Source: Myxococcales bacterium
Lineage (GTDB): Bacteria; Myxococcota_A; Polyangia; Polyangiales; Polyangiaceae
Reading direction: 5' to 3'
Length of the DNA: 64,000 bases
Assembly: GCA_043747615.1 (NCBI GenBank)
Contig: JAYTOU010000003.1
Span: 32,001 to 96,000, forward strand
Part shown: positions 1-9,742 of the stretch, piece after piece
Position numbering within the stretch: the stretch's first letter is position 1
Layout of the letters: each line of letters opens with the position of its first letter
The notes under the pieces: model-generated
Told to the model about the DNA's origin: nothing
The model's input: the letters and a program-made list of their open reading frames with translations, nothing else
Databases searched by the model: none
Position numbers and translations under genes: made by a program

Positions 1-207
1 GAGCTTCTCGAACCGCTTCGCTCCCTCGACGTCAGCGCGTCGAGCGTCGATCCGGAGGTAGGCACGGTCACCGCACGCGTGAGCTCGGTGGTCGGGTGGA
101 TCGGTCGTCTCGTTCCGCGTCTCGTCGTGGCGAGCGACGCGCCTGCAGGGCAACGCGGCCTCCTTAGCTTTTCCGGTGACGGCACGCTGTTGCTGTCGGG
201 TCGCTGA
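1..207 (+). CDS. 3' end of probable AIM24-family protein (partial, runs off window start)
   Basis: Frame 1 is open from base 1 to TGA 205-207: ...VSSVVGWIGRLVPRLV...GLLSFSGDGTLLLSGR*, resembling the AIM24 C-terminus; TGATG overlap with pgsA. Confidence 0.55.
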   Translation, partial: ELLEPLRSLDVSASSVDPEVGTVTARVSSVVGWIGRLVPRLVVASDAPAGQRGLLSFSGDGTLLLSGR

Positions 208-902
208 TGACCACGCGCCGCAGCTCACCGTCGGGTAACGCAAAGCGCGTCGCGCGCGCCGAGCGCCGCCGCACCCTTGCCGAAGACGCCCTCAACATTC
301 CGAACCTGCTCACCATGGGGCGGGTGGTGATGATCCCGGTGTTCATTTATTTCCTGGATCGGCAGACGCCCGTCGACTGCTTCTGGGCTGCCATCATCTT
401 CACGCTGGCGGCGCTCACCGATGCCCTCGACGGCTACCTAGCGCGAAAGCTCAACGTAGTGAGCGTGCTCGGGAAACTGCTGGATCCGCTGGCCGATAAG
501 CTGATCGTGATGGCATCCTTGGTCTGGATGGTGCCGATGGGACGGATCCCCGCGTGGGTCGTGGTGCTCCTTCTCGCGCGCGAGATCAGCGTCACCGGTC
601 TTCGCAGCGTGGCCGCGAGTGAAGGCGTCGTCATCAGCGCGGGCCAAGAGGGAAAGACGAAGACCGCGCTTCAGATGATCGGCACGATCTGCTTGGTGCT
701 CGGCTACCCGTACCATCTGTCGTACCTTGGCCTCGATCTCGGCGTGGTCGATCTCGTTCATGTAGGGCGGATGCTAATCTACTTGTCGCTCGTCTTCTCG
801 GTAGCGAGCGCCGCGCAATACATCGGTCTCTTCAGCGCGGCGGTGGACGCAAAGGACCTCAAGCTCAAAGAATCGCCCTCGGTCACCGACCTCGACGCGT
901 GA
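207..902 (+). CDS. pgsA: CDP-diacylglycerol--glycerol-3-phosphate 3-phosphatidyltransferase
   Basis: NIPNLLTMGR and the CDP-alcohol phosphotransferase motif DALDGYLAR...GKLLDPLADK; GKTKTALQM; multiple TM helices. Confidence 0.93.
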   Translation: MTTRRSSPSGNAKRVARAERRRTLAEDALNIPNLLTMGRVVMIPVFIYFLDRQTPVDCFWAAIIFTLAALTDALDGYLARKLNVVSVLGKLLDPLADKLIVMASLVWMVPMGRIPAWVVVLLLAREISVTGLRSVAASEGVVISAGQEGKTKTALQMIGTICLVLGYPYHLSYLGLDLGVVDLVHVGRMLIYLSLVFSVASAAQYIGLFSAAVDAKDLKLKESPSVTDLDA

Positions 903-1312
903 GGACTGCCACCTTGAAAAAACTACTCATCCTTCCGCTGCTCGTCGTCGCGTGTGGTGGAAAATTGACCGGCGCTTTTCCAGATGCGTCAATGGATTCG
1001 GGCGATACGGCCGACGCTGGCACCGCCGACGCGGTGACCGACGACACCTGCATTCAGCTGCTCAAAGCGCTCGAGACGCTGCGCCAGGAAGCGCGAACTT
1101 GCTGCGCCACCTGCGGCTCGCTGCAATGCGACGTCTCTGCGGAAGACATTTGCTGCCCGATCAGCGTGACCGGAAAGCGCCTAGCCACGGCGAAGTTCGT
1201 GGAGGCAGTGCATTCCTTCAAGGCCCAGTGCCATCCGGCATGCCCCGCGAGCCCCTGCCCGCTCGTTCCGTCGGGAAACTGCAACCCCACGTCGAGTCTC
1301 TGCCAGCCCTAG
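899..1312 (+). CDS. Cys-rich lipoprotein, hypothetical
   Basis: Lipobox VVAC, DAG-rich linker, Cys-rich C-terminal domain; GTGA overlap with the pgsA stop. Confidence 0.7.
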   Translation: MRTATLKKLLILPLLVVACGGKLTGAFPDASMDSGDTADAGTADAVTDDTCIQLLKALETLRQEARTCCATCGSLQCDVSAEDICCPISVTGKRLATAKFVEAVHSFKAQCHPACPASPCPLVPSGNCNPTSSLCQP

Positions 1313-1360
1313 GAGCTTCGCGGAAATCAACGCCGTTTACGGACGTGCTAAGAAGCGACC

Positions 1361-1795
1361 ATGCTCGTCGACACGATCAAGGCCCAAGCGCTCCAGGCGA
1401 TGAAGGCCAAGGATGCTCTCGCTACGTCCATTCTCCGTCTCGCGTTGGGTGAGGTTCAAACTGCGGAGGCGCGCACCAACCGAAAGGCCACCGATGACGA
1501 GGTCACCGCGGTGGTGCGAAAGCTCATTAAGTCGAACGACGAGACACTCGCGGTCGCGGTCGACGAGGATCAGAAGCGCACGCTTGGGCGCGAAAACGCC
1601 GTTCTTGCCGCGCTCCTTCCGGCAACGCTCACTCCGGAGCAGATCGCAGAGTCGCTCGCTCCGGTCGCTGCGGCGATCCGTGAAGCGAAGAGCGAGGGGC
1701 AGGCCACCGGTGTCGCGATGAAGCACCTGAAGACTACGGGCGCGGTCGTGTCCGGAACTGCCGTGGGCGCTGCGGTGAAACAGATCCGCGGCTGA
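1361..1795 (+). CDS. GatB/YqeY domain protein
   Basis: AMKAKD...ILRLALGEV...VVRKLIK...E..VL..LLP..LT.EQI pattern typical of YqeY. Confidence 0.88.
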   Translation: MLVDTIKAQALQAMKAKDALATSILRLALGEVQTAEARTNRKATDDEVTAVVRKLIKSNDETLAVAVDEDQKRTLGRENAVLAALLPATLTPEQIAESLAPVAAAIREAKSEGQATGVAMKHLKTTGAVVSGTAVGAAVKQIRG

Positions 1796-1960
1796 CGATT
1801 CTGCGAAGCGCGAACGTGTCGTCACGCGCGGATCGGCACTTGCTCAGGTGGGGCGGCCAGCGTCCATGGCCTTGGCGTGAGAATGGAAAGATGCAGCTTG
1901 CTCACGCCCGAAATCCCTTGGATCGCCTTGAATTTGGCTTGATCCGCCTTCAGCAACGTT

Positions 1961-1976
1961 GGGTACGGCACGTGCT
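1961..1976 (+). promoter_or_regulatory. putative sigma-54 (-24/-12) promoter
   Basis: GGGTACG-GCAC-GTGCT (GG-N10-GC), followed by a GGGAG RBS and ATG 2003. Confidence 0.55.
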
Positions 1977-2002
1977 GAGCATGTGGGGGGGAGCGTGACC
2001 AA

Positions 2003-2593
<591 letters not shown>

Positions 2594-2643
2594 GTTCGAA
2601 AAAGCGCTTCCGCGGTTCGCGCTGACGGTAGCATCGGAGGTGG

Positions 2644-3480
2644 ATGCCGAACCTCGACCTCGCGCGAAAAGACGACCTGTCCAGCTTTCGGAAGATCGCG
2701 ATCGGAACGTGGCAGACCGCGTACGATCCGTCGGTCTACGGCACGATGGATCTGCGGATGGACGAGGCCTTGCGCTACATCAAGGCCTTCCGCGAGAAGA
2801 CCGGACGCCGCCTCACCGTCTCTCACCTGATGGCCAAGGCCGCTGCGGCGGTCATGAAGGCGTGCCCGGACGCGAACGCCGTCATGCGCTGGAATCGGAT
2901 CTACCTGCGCAAACGGATCGGTATCTTTTTTCAGGTCGTGATGACGGACGAAGGGGACGGAAAGGCGGACCTCTCCGGCGCCACGCTCTACGACGTCGAG
3001 GAAATGTCGCTCGTAGAAATTTGCGACGAGTTCGAGAGGAAGGTCGACCTCGTTCGTAAACGCAAAGATCCCGCGCTCGAGAAAACCCGTGGGACATTCC
3101 TGGCGGTGCCGTTCTTCGCCCTCAACCGACTGCTGAAGCTCATCTCGTTCTTCAGCTTCACGCTCAACCTCGATCTACGCTGGGCGGGGATCCCGAGCGA
3201 CCCGTTCGGCAGCATGATGATCACGAACGTCGGAACCCTCGGCCTCGACGTGGCCTATGTGCCGCTCGTTCCCTACGCACGCGTGCCGATCCTCCTCGCC
3301 GTCGGCGCGGTCAAAGAGAAACCGATCGTCGATTCGGGCGCCATCGTCGTGGCGAACATGATGGCGGTGAGCGCGACCTTCGACCATCGCGTGATCGACG
3401 GATTCCACGCCTCGGTCATGTCGAAGGTCCTCAAGGCTTGGCTCGAGCAACCATTCGAACACTTCGACAAGCTAGGGTGA
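2644..3480 (+). CDS. 2-oxoacid dehydrogenase E2-like acyltransferase, catalytic domain only
   Basis: SSFRKIA, GSMMITNVG, TFDHRVIDG catalytic motif; no lipoyl or subunit-binding domain; GGAGG upstream. Confidence 0.85.
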   Translation: MPNLDLARKDDLSSFRKIAIGTWQTAYDPSVYGTMDLRMDEALRYIKAFREKTGRRLTVSHLMAKAAAAVMKACPDANAVMRWNRIYLRKRIGIFFQVVMTDEGDGKADLSGATLYDVEEMSLVEICDEFERKVDLVRKRKDPALEKTRGTFLAVPFFALNRLLKLISFFSFTLNLDLRWAGIPSDPFGSMMITNVGTLGLDVAYVPLVPYARVPILLAVGAVKEKPIVDSGAIVVANMMAVSATFDHRVIDGFHASVMSKVLKAWLEQPFEHFDKLG

Positions 3481-3809
3481 CGCAGCTCATCGCAGTTGCC
3501 GTGGTGGTCGCGCTCACCGCGCTTTGGTTCGCTGCGCGACGCGCGGTCACCGTGTGCGTTGCTCGCGTAACGGACGGCAAGCTTCATGTGGTGCGCGGCG
3601 CTCTTGCACCCCGCATCCTCGCCGACCTCGGGGACGTGATGCGACGGCCGCGCGTTCGGTCGGCGGAGCTCCGGATCGTTCGGGCCGATCGGCTCGCAAA
3701 GGTGGAGATGAGCGGCGACCTTACCCCCGCGCAGCAGCAGCAAGTGCGGAATGTCGTCGGCTCCGTCCCCCTGGCGCGGCTCGCCAACACCCGAAAAAAA
3801 TCGGGGTGA
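3477..3809 (+). CDS. DUF3634-like small membrane protein
   Basis: N-terminal TM, then V.DGKL.VVRG...SGDL...QQQQVRNVVG; GTGA overlap with the previous stop. Confidence 0.7.
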   Translation: MTQLIAVAVVVALTALWFAARRAVTVCVARVTDGKLHVVRGALAPRILADLGDVMRRPRVRSAELRIVRADRLAKVEMSGDLTPAQQQQVRNVVGSVPLARLANTRKKSG

Positions 3810-3886
3810 ATGAACGGTGGCCGCCCGCCGTCAGACGAAAGGCCGAAAACACGCCAGTCGTCCCCCGACGGAGGTACGCTCATCCG

Positions 3887-4627
3887 ATGCGAAGCATCCT
3901 CATCCCCGCTTTCTGCACGCTCACGTTCTTCTCGGTAGGCGCCTCTGCGCAGCACGACATGCCTCCGACACCGCCGCCTCCGATGGACCACGGGTCCCCA
4001 CCGCCAGCCGCCGCAGCGAGCGCGAGCCCTCCGATGATGCATGGCCAGCCGCAGCCCGCACCGATGGATCACGGCCAGCCTCCACCGCCGATGGACCACG
4101 GCCAGCCCCAACCCGCAGCTGCAAGCGCGCTCCCTCCGATGGTGCACGGCACTCCGCCGCCCATGCTCCACGGTAGTCCTCTCACCCCCCAGCCTGCGGG
4201 CGGCATGGGTGGCATGGGTGGCATGGGTGGCCCAGCAGCCGCAGGCGGCGGAATGGCTGGAATGGGTCACGGCATGCCCGTCGACGCAGGCCCTCCCCCG
4301 CCTGATCCCATCATCGTTGCCGCCGCCGATCCCACGGAGCAAGCGCGGATTCGCAGTGAGTACGTCAAGCGAACCAACAGCCAGATCCGCTCCGTCGTCC
4401 TCGTGAACAACAAGACGGTAAGCCCCGACGAGCAGAAGGTCGTCGCGGCTCACTGGCACGACTCGATGTTCCTCCTTCGCATCCGCGAGGTCGCCGCCGC
4501 CGACAACAACAAGCCCGCCGTCCAGCGCTGCGACGACGCCCTCGATGCGTCGGATCAGCGATTTTACAACAGGCTCAAGCAGCTGAACGCGCAAGCGCCT
4601 GCCGCCGCTGCGGCCCTGACGCCGTAG
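3887..4627 (+). CDS. secreted Pro/Met/His-rich protein with helical C-terminal domain
   Basis: Signal peptide MRSILIPAFCTLTFFSVGASA; six PMxHG repeats; GGM repeats; start at ATG 3887 rather than 3524. Confidence 0.75.
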   Translation: MRSILIPAFCTLTFFSVGASAQHDMPPTPPPPMDHGSPPPAAAASASPPMMHGQPQPAPMDHGQPPPPMDHGQPQPAAASALPPMVHGTPPPMLHGSPLTPQPAGGMGGMGGMGGPAAAGGGMAGMGHGMPVDAGPPPPDPIIVAAADPTEQARIRSEYVKRTNSQIRSVVLVNNKTVSPDEQKVVAAHWHDSMFLLRIREVAAADNNKPAVQRCDDALDASDQRFYNRLKQLNAQAPAAAAALTP

Positions 4628-4637
4628 GGCACGGGTC

Positions 4638-5192
4638 GTGTCTCGTCTACTGCGCTCGGGTTTAACTCTCCTCGGTTTCCTCGCGCCCGTCGTCGCGTGT
4701 AGCGGCTTCAGCCTTCGCGCAGACGGAGACGGCGGCGCCATCGTCTTCGCGACCGACGGCGGCGACGCAGGCCCGGGCGCGCTCACGTCGAACCCCGGTG
4801 CAATCTCCTGCGGGCAAGCAACCTGCACAGGCGCCCTCGGCACGCCGCTCGACGGACAAGACAGGCCGCTCTGCTGCGCGTTCGGCTCATCGTCGGGCCC
4901 CGGCTCCGCAGTGAAAGACACCTGCGTGAGCTCGATGGGCGCTTGCTCCTCCGGCGTCGCATTTTACTGCGACGAGACGAACGACTGCGTCGCGGGTCTC
5001 GGCCTCGTCTGCTGCGAAGGAACGGGTCGCGAGGCATTCAGCTGCCAACCAAACTGCAGCGGCGTTCGGCTTTGCAAGAGCAGCGTCGAGTGTGCGGCCG
5101 GGCTGCCGTGCACGGCCTACCGTTGCGACGGCCAGACGATCGGCGTTTGCGGGGTTCTCTCGGACGCAAAGCGAAAAGCGCTCGGCTGCTAG
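4638..5192 (+). CDS. Cys-rich lipoprotein, hypothetical
   Basis: Lipobox VVAC; DGG/DAG linker; CC...CDETNDC...VCC...C...LC....EC pattern, similar to the 23390 protein. Confidence 0.75.
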   Translation: MSRLLRSGLTLLGFLAPVVACSGFSLRADGDGGAIVFATDGGDAGPGALTSNPGAISCGQATCTGALGTPLDGQDRPLCCAFGSSSGPGSAVKDTCVSSMGACSSGVAFYCDETNDCVAGLGLVCCEGTGREAFSCQPNCSGVRLCKSSVECAAGLPCTAYRCDGQTIGVCGVLSDAKRKALGC

Positions 5193-5205
5193 GGCGGGCT
5201 CGCTC

Positions 5206-5249
5206 GTCGCGCACTCCGGTCGCGAAGCCTGGTCGCATAGCCTGTCGCG
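5206..5249 (+). repeat. four spaced GTCGC(G/A) direct repeats, possible activator-binding sites
   Basis: GTCGC at 5206, 5219, 5232, 5244 (spacing 13, 13, 12), intergenic. Confidence 0.45.
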
Positions 5250-5303
5250 AGATCCCCCCGCGCCCCCGCAAAACGCCTTTCCACGGTCGAGCATCGAAGG
5301 TCG

Positions 5304-5319
5304 TGGCAGGAGCGATGCA
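5304..5319 (+). promoter_or_regulatory. putative sigma-54 promoter of the deacetylase operon
   Basis: TGGCAGG-AGCG-ATGCA, GG-N10-GC spacing. Confidence 0.55.
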
Positions 5320-5351
5320 CCCTTTCCGTGCTAGAAGGGAGTGAGGATCAA

Positions 5352-6080
5352 GTGGGCGTTCCCGACGCAAAACGCGAAGAAACAGACAAGACGCCAGCTC
5401 TCCCGCCCGAGGCGTCGGCGCTTGCACGACTGAGGTCTCGCGTCATGCGCGCCGCGGTGGGAACGACGCTTCCGCAGTCGGTGCTCATCGCCCGCGGGAG
5501 CCATGCCAGACCAGACGGCGTCAAGCGGGTGGCGCTCACCTTTGACGACGGTCCCGACGAGATGACGCCGCAGTACCTCGCGCTGCTGGACCGCCTGGGC
5601 ATACGATGCACGTTCTTCCTCATCGGAAAGAACGCGGAGCTCCTTCCGTCGATGGTGAACGAGATCGTCGCGGCGGGCCACGAAGTCGCAGGCCACGGAT
5701 TCTCCCACCGATCGTTCCCGTCGCTCACGGTGCAAGAGCTCGTCGACGAGCTAATCCACACGAGCGATGCGCTTCCGCCGAGCGCCGGGGCCCGGCCTCT
5801 GGTGCGTCCGCCGTTCGGCCAAGTGAGCTTCGCCTCTTTGGTGCGAGTCGCGATCGCCGGATATACGACCGTCCTGTGGTCGTTCGATTCCGACGACTGC
5901 CGCACCTACGACGCAAAGGACGTCGAAGCGCGTCTCGACCCTTCGAACGTGGGGTCGGGCGAGATCGTCCTGATGCACGAGGGCCAGGCGTGGACCCTCG
6001 CGGCGCTCCCGGCGATCGTCGGCCGCCTGCGCGATGCGGGCTACGAGCTGGTCACCGTCGGCGATCTCGTGAGCTTTTGA
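5352..6080 (+). CDS. polysaccharide deacetylase (CE4/NodB)
   Basis: TFDDGP, HEVAGHGFSH, RPPFG, LWSFDSDD, IVLMHEG; start GTG 5352 (GAGG upstream) or 5328. Confidence 0.92.
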   Translation: MGVPDAKREETDKTPALPPEASALARLRSRVMRAAVGTTLPQSVLIARGSHARPDGVKRVALTFDDGPDEMTPQYLALLDRLGIRCTFFLIGKNAELLPSMVNEIVAAGHEVAGHGFSHRSFPSLTVQELVDELIHTSDALPPSAGARPLVRPPFGQVSFASLVRVAIAGYTTVLWSFDSDDCRTYDAKDVEARLDPSNVGSGEIVLMHEGQAWTLAALPAIVGRLRDAGYELVTVGDLVSF

Positions 6081-6084
6081 CAGC

Positions 6085-7137
6085 ATGGCCCGTACCCGAG
6101 TCTCTCAATTTCTCGACGGTGCCGGCGCGTTCTCGATGCTTCTGCGTCTGCGCAGTGCCGTACGCTCGGAGTGGCTCACGGTCCTCACGTACCATCGCGT
6201 CGCAAATCCGCGGGCCACATCGGCTGTCGACGACGAGGTGATTGACGCGCGACCCGACGCCTTCGACCGTCAGCTCGCGTACCTCGGACGCCATTGCAAC
6301 GTCGTCGAGCTCGATGAAGTCGTCGAATTTCGCAAGGGCAAGGCCCTTCCTCCGAACCCGGTTCTCGTCACGTTCGACGACGGCTACCTCGACAACATCG
6401 AGGTCGCCCTCCCCATACTGCAGCGCCACGGAATGAAGGCGGTCTTCTTCATCGCCACGTCGTACGTGAACGATCGCCGTCTGTTCTGGTGGGATCGCGT
6501 GAGCTACTTGCTCAAGCAGTCTACCAAAGAGGTGCTTGAGCTCACCTATCCGCGCATCATGAAGCTTCCTCTCGGTAAGGATCGTGAGAGCACTCGGCGC
6601 CGAATCCTGTCCGTAATAAAATTGCATTTCGGCCTTGATTTGCCGCGCTTTTTGGACGACTTGGCGAGAGCGTCGGGGGTGAGCCTGAGCGCCGAGTCGG
6701 AGCGGCAGATGGTCGACGAGCTCCTGATGACGTGGGACCACGTGCGGGCGTTGAAGCGCGCGGGCATGGCAGTCGAGTCCCACACCCGGACCCATCGTGT
6801 ACTTCAGACACTAACCGCCAAGGACCTAGCCGACGAGCTCGGCGGCTCGCGCGAAGAGCTCGAGGGCGTGCTCGGCTCGAAGGTCACGGCCGTCGCTTAC
6901 CCCGTCCGCGGGCTTCACTTCGCCGCCGAGGTACGAGCCGCCATTCGCGCTGCCGGATACGAGCTCGGATTCTCGACGGGCAGAGGGATGAATCACGCGT
7001 GGACGTTCGACCCTCTCGACGTCAAGCGCATCAGCCTGGAGCGCGATCTGCCGGACTCTTTCTTTCACGGCATGGTAGCCCTCCCTTATTTTGCGTACGA
7101 GCCAGATCCACGGGGACGAATCAGTCGTGTTGGGTGA
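6085..7137 (+). CDS. polysaccharide deacetylase (IcaB/PgaB-like CE4)
   Basis: LTYHRV, VTFDDGYLDN, FWWD insert, ESHTRTH, AYP. Confidence 0.92.
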   Translation: MARTRVSQFLDGAGAFSMLLRLRSAVRSEWLTVLTYHRVANPRATSAVDDEVIDARPDAFDRQLAYLGRHCNVVELDEVVEFRKGKALPPNPVLVTFDDGYLDNIEVALPILQRHGMKAVFFIATSYVNDRRLFWWDRVSYLLKQSTKEVLELTYPRIMKLPLGKDRESTRRRILSVIKLHFGLDLPRFLDDLARASGVSLSAESERQMVDELLMTWDHVRALKRAGMAVESHTRTHRVLQTLTAKDLADELGGSREELEGVLGSKVTAVAYPVRGLHFAAEVRAAIRAAGYELGFSTGRGMNHAWTFDPLDVKRISLERDLPDSFFHGMVALPYFAYEPDPRGRISRVG

Positions 7138-8371
7138 GCCCGCGCCGCTCGAGATCAGGAGAGTCCACAGCGACGCAGCGTTCGACGCCCTAGTTCCTGC
7201 CTGGCGTGAGCTCCTCGGCCGCGTAAAAAATCCCACTGCGTCGATCACCCCGCTCTGGCTCGGGGCGTGGTGGCATACCTTCGGAGCGACGGACAAGAGG
7301 GCGCTGCGTGCGCTCTCGTTCTGGGAGGGCGAGCGCCTCGTCGCGTTCGCTCCGCTCCTGTCGCGTCTCGCGCGGCATCGTGGCGTGATCCCGTTTCGCA
7401 GGATCGAGCTGCTCGGCACGGGCGAGGACGAGGCGGACGAGATCTGTTCCGACTACGTTGGCGTCGTGGTCGAGAGCGGCGCGGAAGCACGCGTCGCCGA
7501 TGCCCTCGTCGGCGAGCTGAATGCGCCGGAGTTTGGTCCTTGGGACGATCTCGTCTTTGCGAACATGGAGGCTGACTCAACGTTCGTCACCTGCTTGCAG
7601 AGGGCGCTCGAGGCCACGGGAATGCAGGTGGAGACTGCGTCTCCGGGAGCGTGTCCTTACGTCGCCCTTCCCTCCACCTTCGACGCGTACGTAAAGATGC
7701 TCGATACGCGATCGCGCTACCTCGTCAACCGCGCGCTGCGCGAGCTCGACAAGTGGGCCGGCAAGGACGGATGGAAACTTCATCGCGCGTCCACACCCGA
7801 AGAGCTCGAGGAGGGAAAACGCGTTCTTCACGATCTCCATCAGGAGCGCTGGGCGTCGCAAGGACAGGACGGCGTCTTCGCGCGCGATCGCTTTCGCAAG
7901 TTCCACGACGAGGTGATGCCGGAGCTTCTCCGCGGAGTAGACGGTACGCTCGACCTCTTGTGGCTCACCGTGGGGGATCGCCCGGTGGCCGTGGTCTACA
8001 ACATCGTCTACGCGAACAAGGTCTTCCTGTATCAAAGCGGACGAACCGACGCGGTGCCAAAAAGCCTGCGTATTGGCTCGGCGATGAACATCCTCGCCAT
8101 CCGAGACGCGATCGAGAAGGGGCGATCGGAGTACGATTTTTTAAACGGCAACGTGCAGTACAAGCGGCAGCTATCAGTGGGACAGGTTCGGCAGCTCGTG
8201 ACGATTCGAGCGGTCGCTGCCTCCGCCCGAGCGCGCGCGCTCGAGGCCACCCGTAAGGCCGCCGACGGCATCATCGCTCGCGCCCGCACGCTGAAAGCCG
8301 CCATGTGCGAAGGCGGCTCCGGCGGCGACACACCCCCCGCAGACGACACGACCGAAGAGCCTGCGGCCTAA
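7127..8371 (+). CDS. GNAT-family acyltransferase (CelD/BcsL, Acetyltransf_6-like)
   Basis: WLGAWW..F, SDY, CPYVALPSTFDAY, YQSG, EYDFLNG..YK motifs. Confidence 0.85.
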   Translation: MLGEPAPLEIRRVHSDAAFDALVPAWRELLGRVKNPTASITPLWLGAWWHTFGATDKRALRALSFWEGERLVAFAPLLSRLARHRGVIPFRRIELLGTGEDEADEICSDYVGVVVESGAEARVADALVGELNAPEFGPWDDLVFANMEADSTFVTCLQRALEATGMQVETASPGACPYVALPSTFDAYVKMLDTRSRYLVNRALRELDKWAGKDGWKLHRASTPEELEEGKRVLHDLHQERWASQGQDGVFARDRFRKFHDEVMPELLRGVDGTLDLLWLTVGDRPVAVVYNIVYANKVFLYQSGRTDAVPKSLRIGSAMNILAIRDAIEKGRSEYDFLNGNVQYKRQLSVGQVRQLVTIRAVAASARARALEATRKAADGIIARARTLKAAMCEGGSGGDTPPADDTTEEPAA

Positions 8372-9742
8372 TCAGGTTTCGACGATCGAGACGCGGTGCT
8401 TGCCGGCGGCTGTGAGTGCGATCTCTTGGACCTTCTCTATGCGGACTTCGACGCCCTTCAAGAAGCGTCCGCATTCTCGCCGCGTCTCCTCGAGGACGGC
8501 CTCGTTGAACGCTTCGCCCGGCACGACGCGCAACGTCACCGAGCGATCTTTGTGCTGCACGACCTGAAATTGACGAACGGCCGAGGCCAGGGCGGTGAAG
8601 AGCACGTTGAACACCAAGCCGGTGACCGCCGAGCCCTCCGCGTCTCGGAGGGTGTCCGCCGTGCGCCCATCGACGCTGGCGAGGCGCGGTAGGGTACGAC
8701 CACAAGAGCACCGCGTCGCAGGCCCGGCAATCGCGACGTCCCCATTTTTGTAGCGAATGAAGGGCATCCCGAAGTTGTGCAGATCGGTGATGACGACCTC
8801 GCCGCGCTCTCCCACGTTTGCCGGACGCGACGTGCCATCGGCTTCAGTGACCAAGACTTCGACGATCAAGTTCTCCATCGTGAGATGCAGACCGTCGTGG
8901 GCTTCGCACTCGCTCCCGATGAGCATCACTTCGCGGCAGCCGTACGTCTCGAACACCGAAGGGCCGAACGCAGCCTCGAGGGCCGTTCGATCGTTGGGGA
9001 AGAGTCGCTCCGCGCCGCAGATGACGCTGATGCGATCCCAGGTACGCAGACCGTTCTTGTTGATGAAGCGCGCGAGCTCCGCGCCAGCCTGGGTGTAGCA
9101 AACGAGCACCGAGGGGCGCTCCGTCGTGAGCGTGCGGACGGCCTGTCCGAGAACCTCGTCGCTCATCACGCCGCACGAAATGTACGTCTCGCGTTTGATC
9201 CAGCGATCGACGGCGATCTTCGCGCGCGTCTGGAAAGAGGGCCGGCGCTCGACCGGGGCACCCCAAAAATGGACCGCCTTGTCCCCGAGCTGGTAGCCGG
9301 CCCAGCCGTACCCGCGCAGCTTGGCGGCGTTCCGCCAGTACTCGCTGTCGAGGTCGTATCCGAAGAGCAGCGGCTGGCCGGTGGTGCCGCCCGTATTTTT
9401 TCGGATCGCGGTGAAGGGGGCCGCCGTCGACTCCCGATCTTTCGACCGTGCACGCGCTTCGTCGCGCGACAGGATCGGCATCTTGCGAAGATCTTCGGGG
9501 GTGCGAATGGCGGCGTCGGTGAGCCCCACCGACCGGAGTTTTTCGCGGTAGAGGGGCACGTTCGCGTAGGCGTGCCGCATCAGGCGCCGGAGCGCACCGG
9601 TCTGCATGGCGTGCAGCTCGTCGAGCGATCGCCATTGCGTCTTGTCCAGAAAGTCGCGGCGGTTGATGGTCGGCCGCCTTTTCACGCCCCTTTCCCAAGC
9701 CGGAAAGAGGAGAGACTGGAAGACTTTTCCGTAGAGGTTCAT
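8372..9742 (-). CDS. phenylacetate-CoA ligase-like adenylate-forming enzyme (CapK type)
   Basis: HAYANVPLYR, TGGTTGQP, ETYGCRE, ITDLHNFGMPFIRYKNGD, CSCGR.LP...GRTAD, QFQVVQ. Confidence 0.9.
   Translation of the reverse strand: MNLYGKVFQSLLFPAWERGVKRRPTINRRDFLDKTQWRSLDELHAMQTGALRRLMRHAYANVPLYREKLRSVGLTDAAIRTPEDLRKMPILSRDEARARSKDRESTAAPFTAIRKNTGGTTGQPLLFGYDLDSEYWRNAAKLRGYGWAGYQLGDKAVHFWGAPVERRPSFQTRAKIAVDRWIKRETYISCGVMSDEVLGQAVRTLTTERPSVLVCYTQAGAELARFINKNGLRTWDRISVICGAERLFPNDRTALEAAFGPSVFETYGCREVMLIGSECEAHDGLHLTMENLIVEVLVTEADGTSRPANVGERGEVVITDLHNFGMPFIRYKNGDVAIAGPATRCSCGRTLPRLASVDGRTADTLRDAEGSAVTGLVFNVLFTALASAVRQFQVVQHKDRSVTLRVVPGEAFNEAVLEETRRECGRFLKGVEVRIEKVQEIALTAAGKHRVSIVET

Noticed and set aside
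8372..9742. paaK / phenylacetate catabolism
   Set aside because: No other paa genes are present, and the sequence and context fit the CapK-like subgroup.
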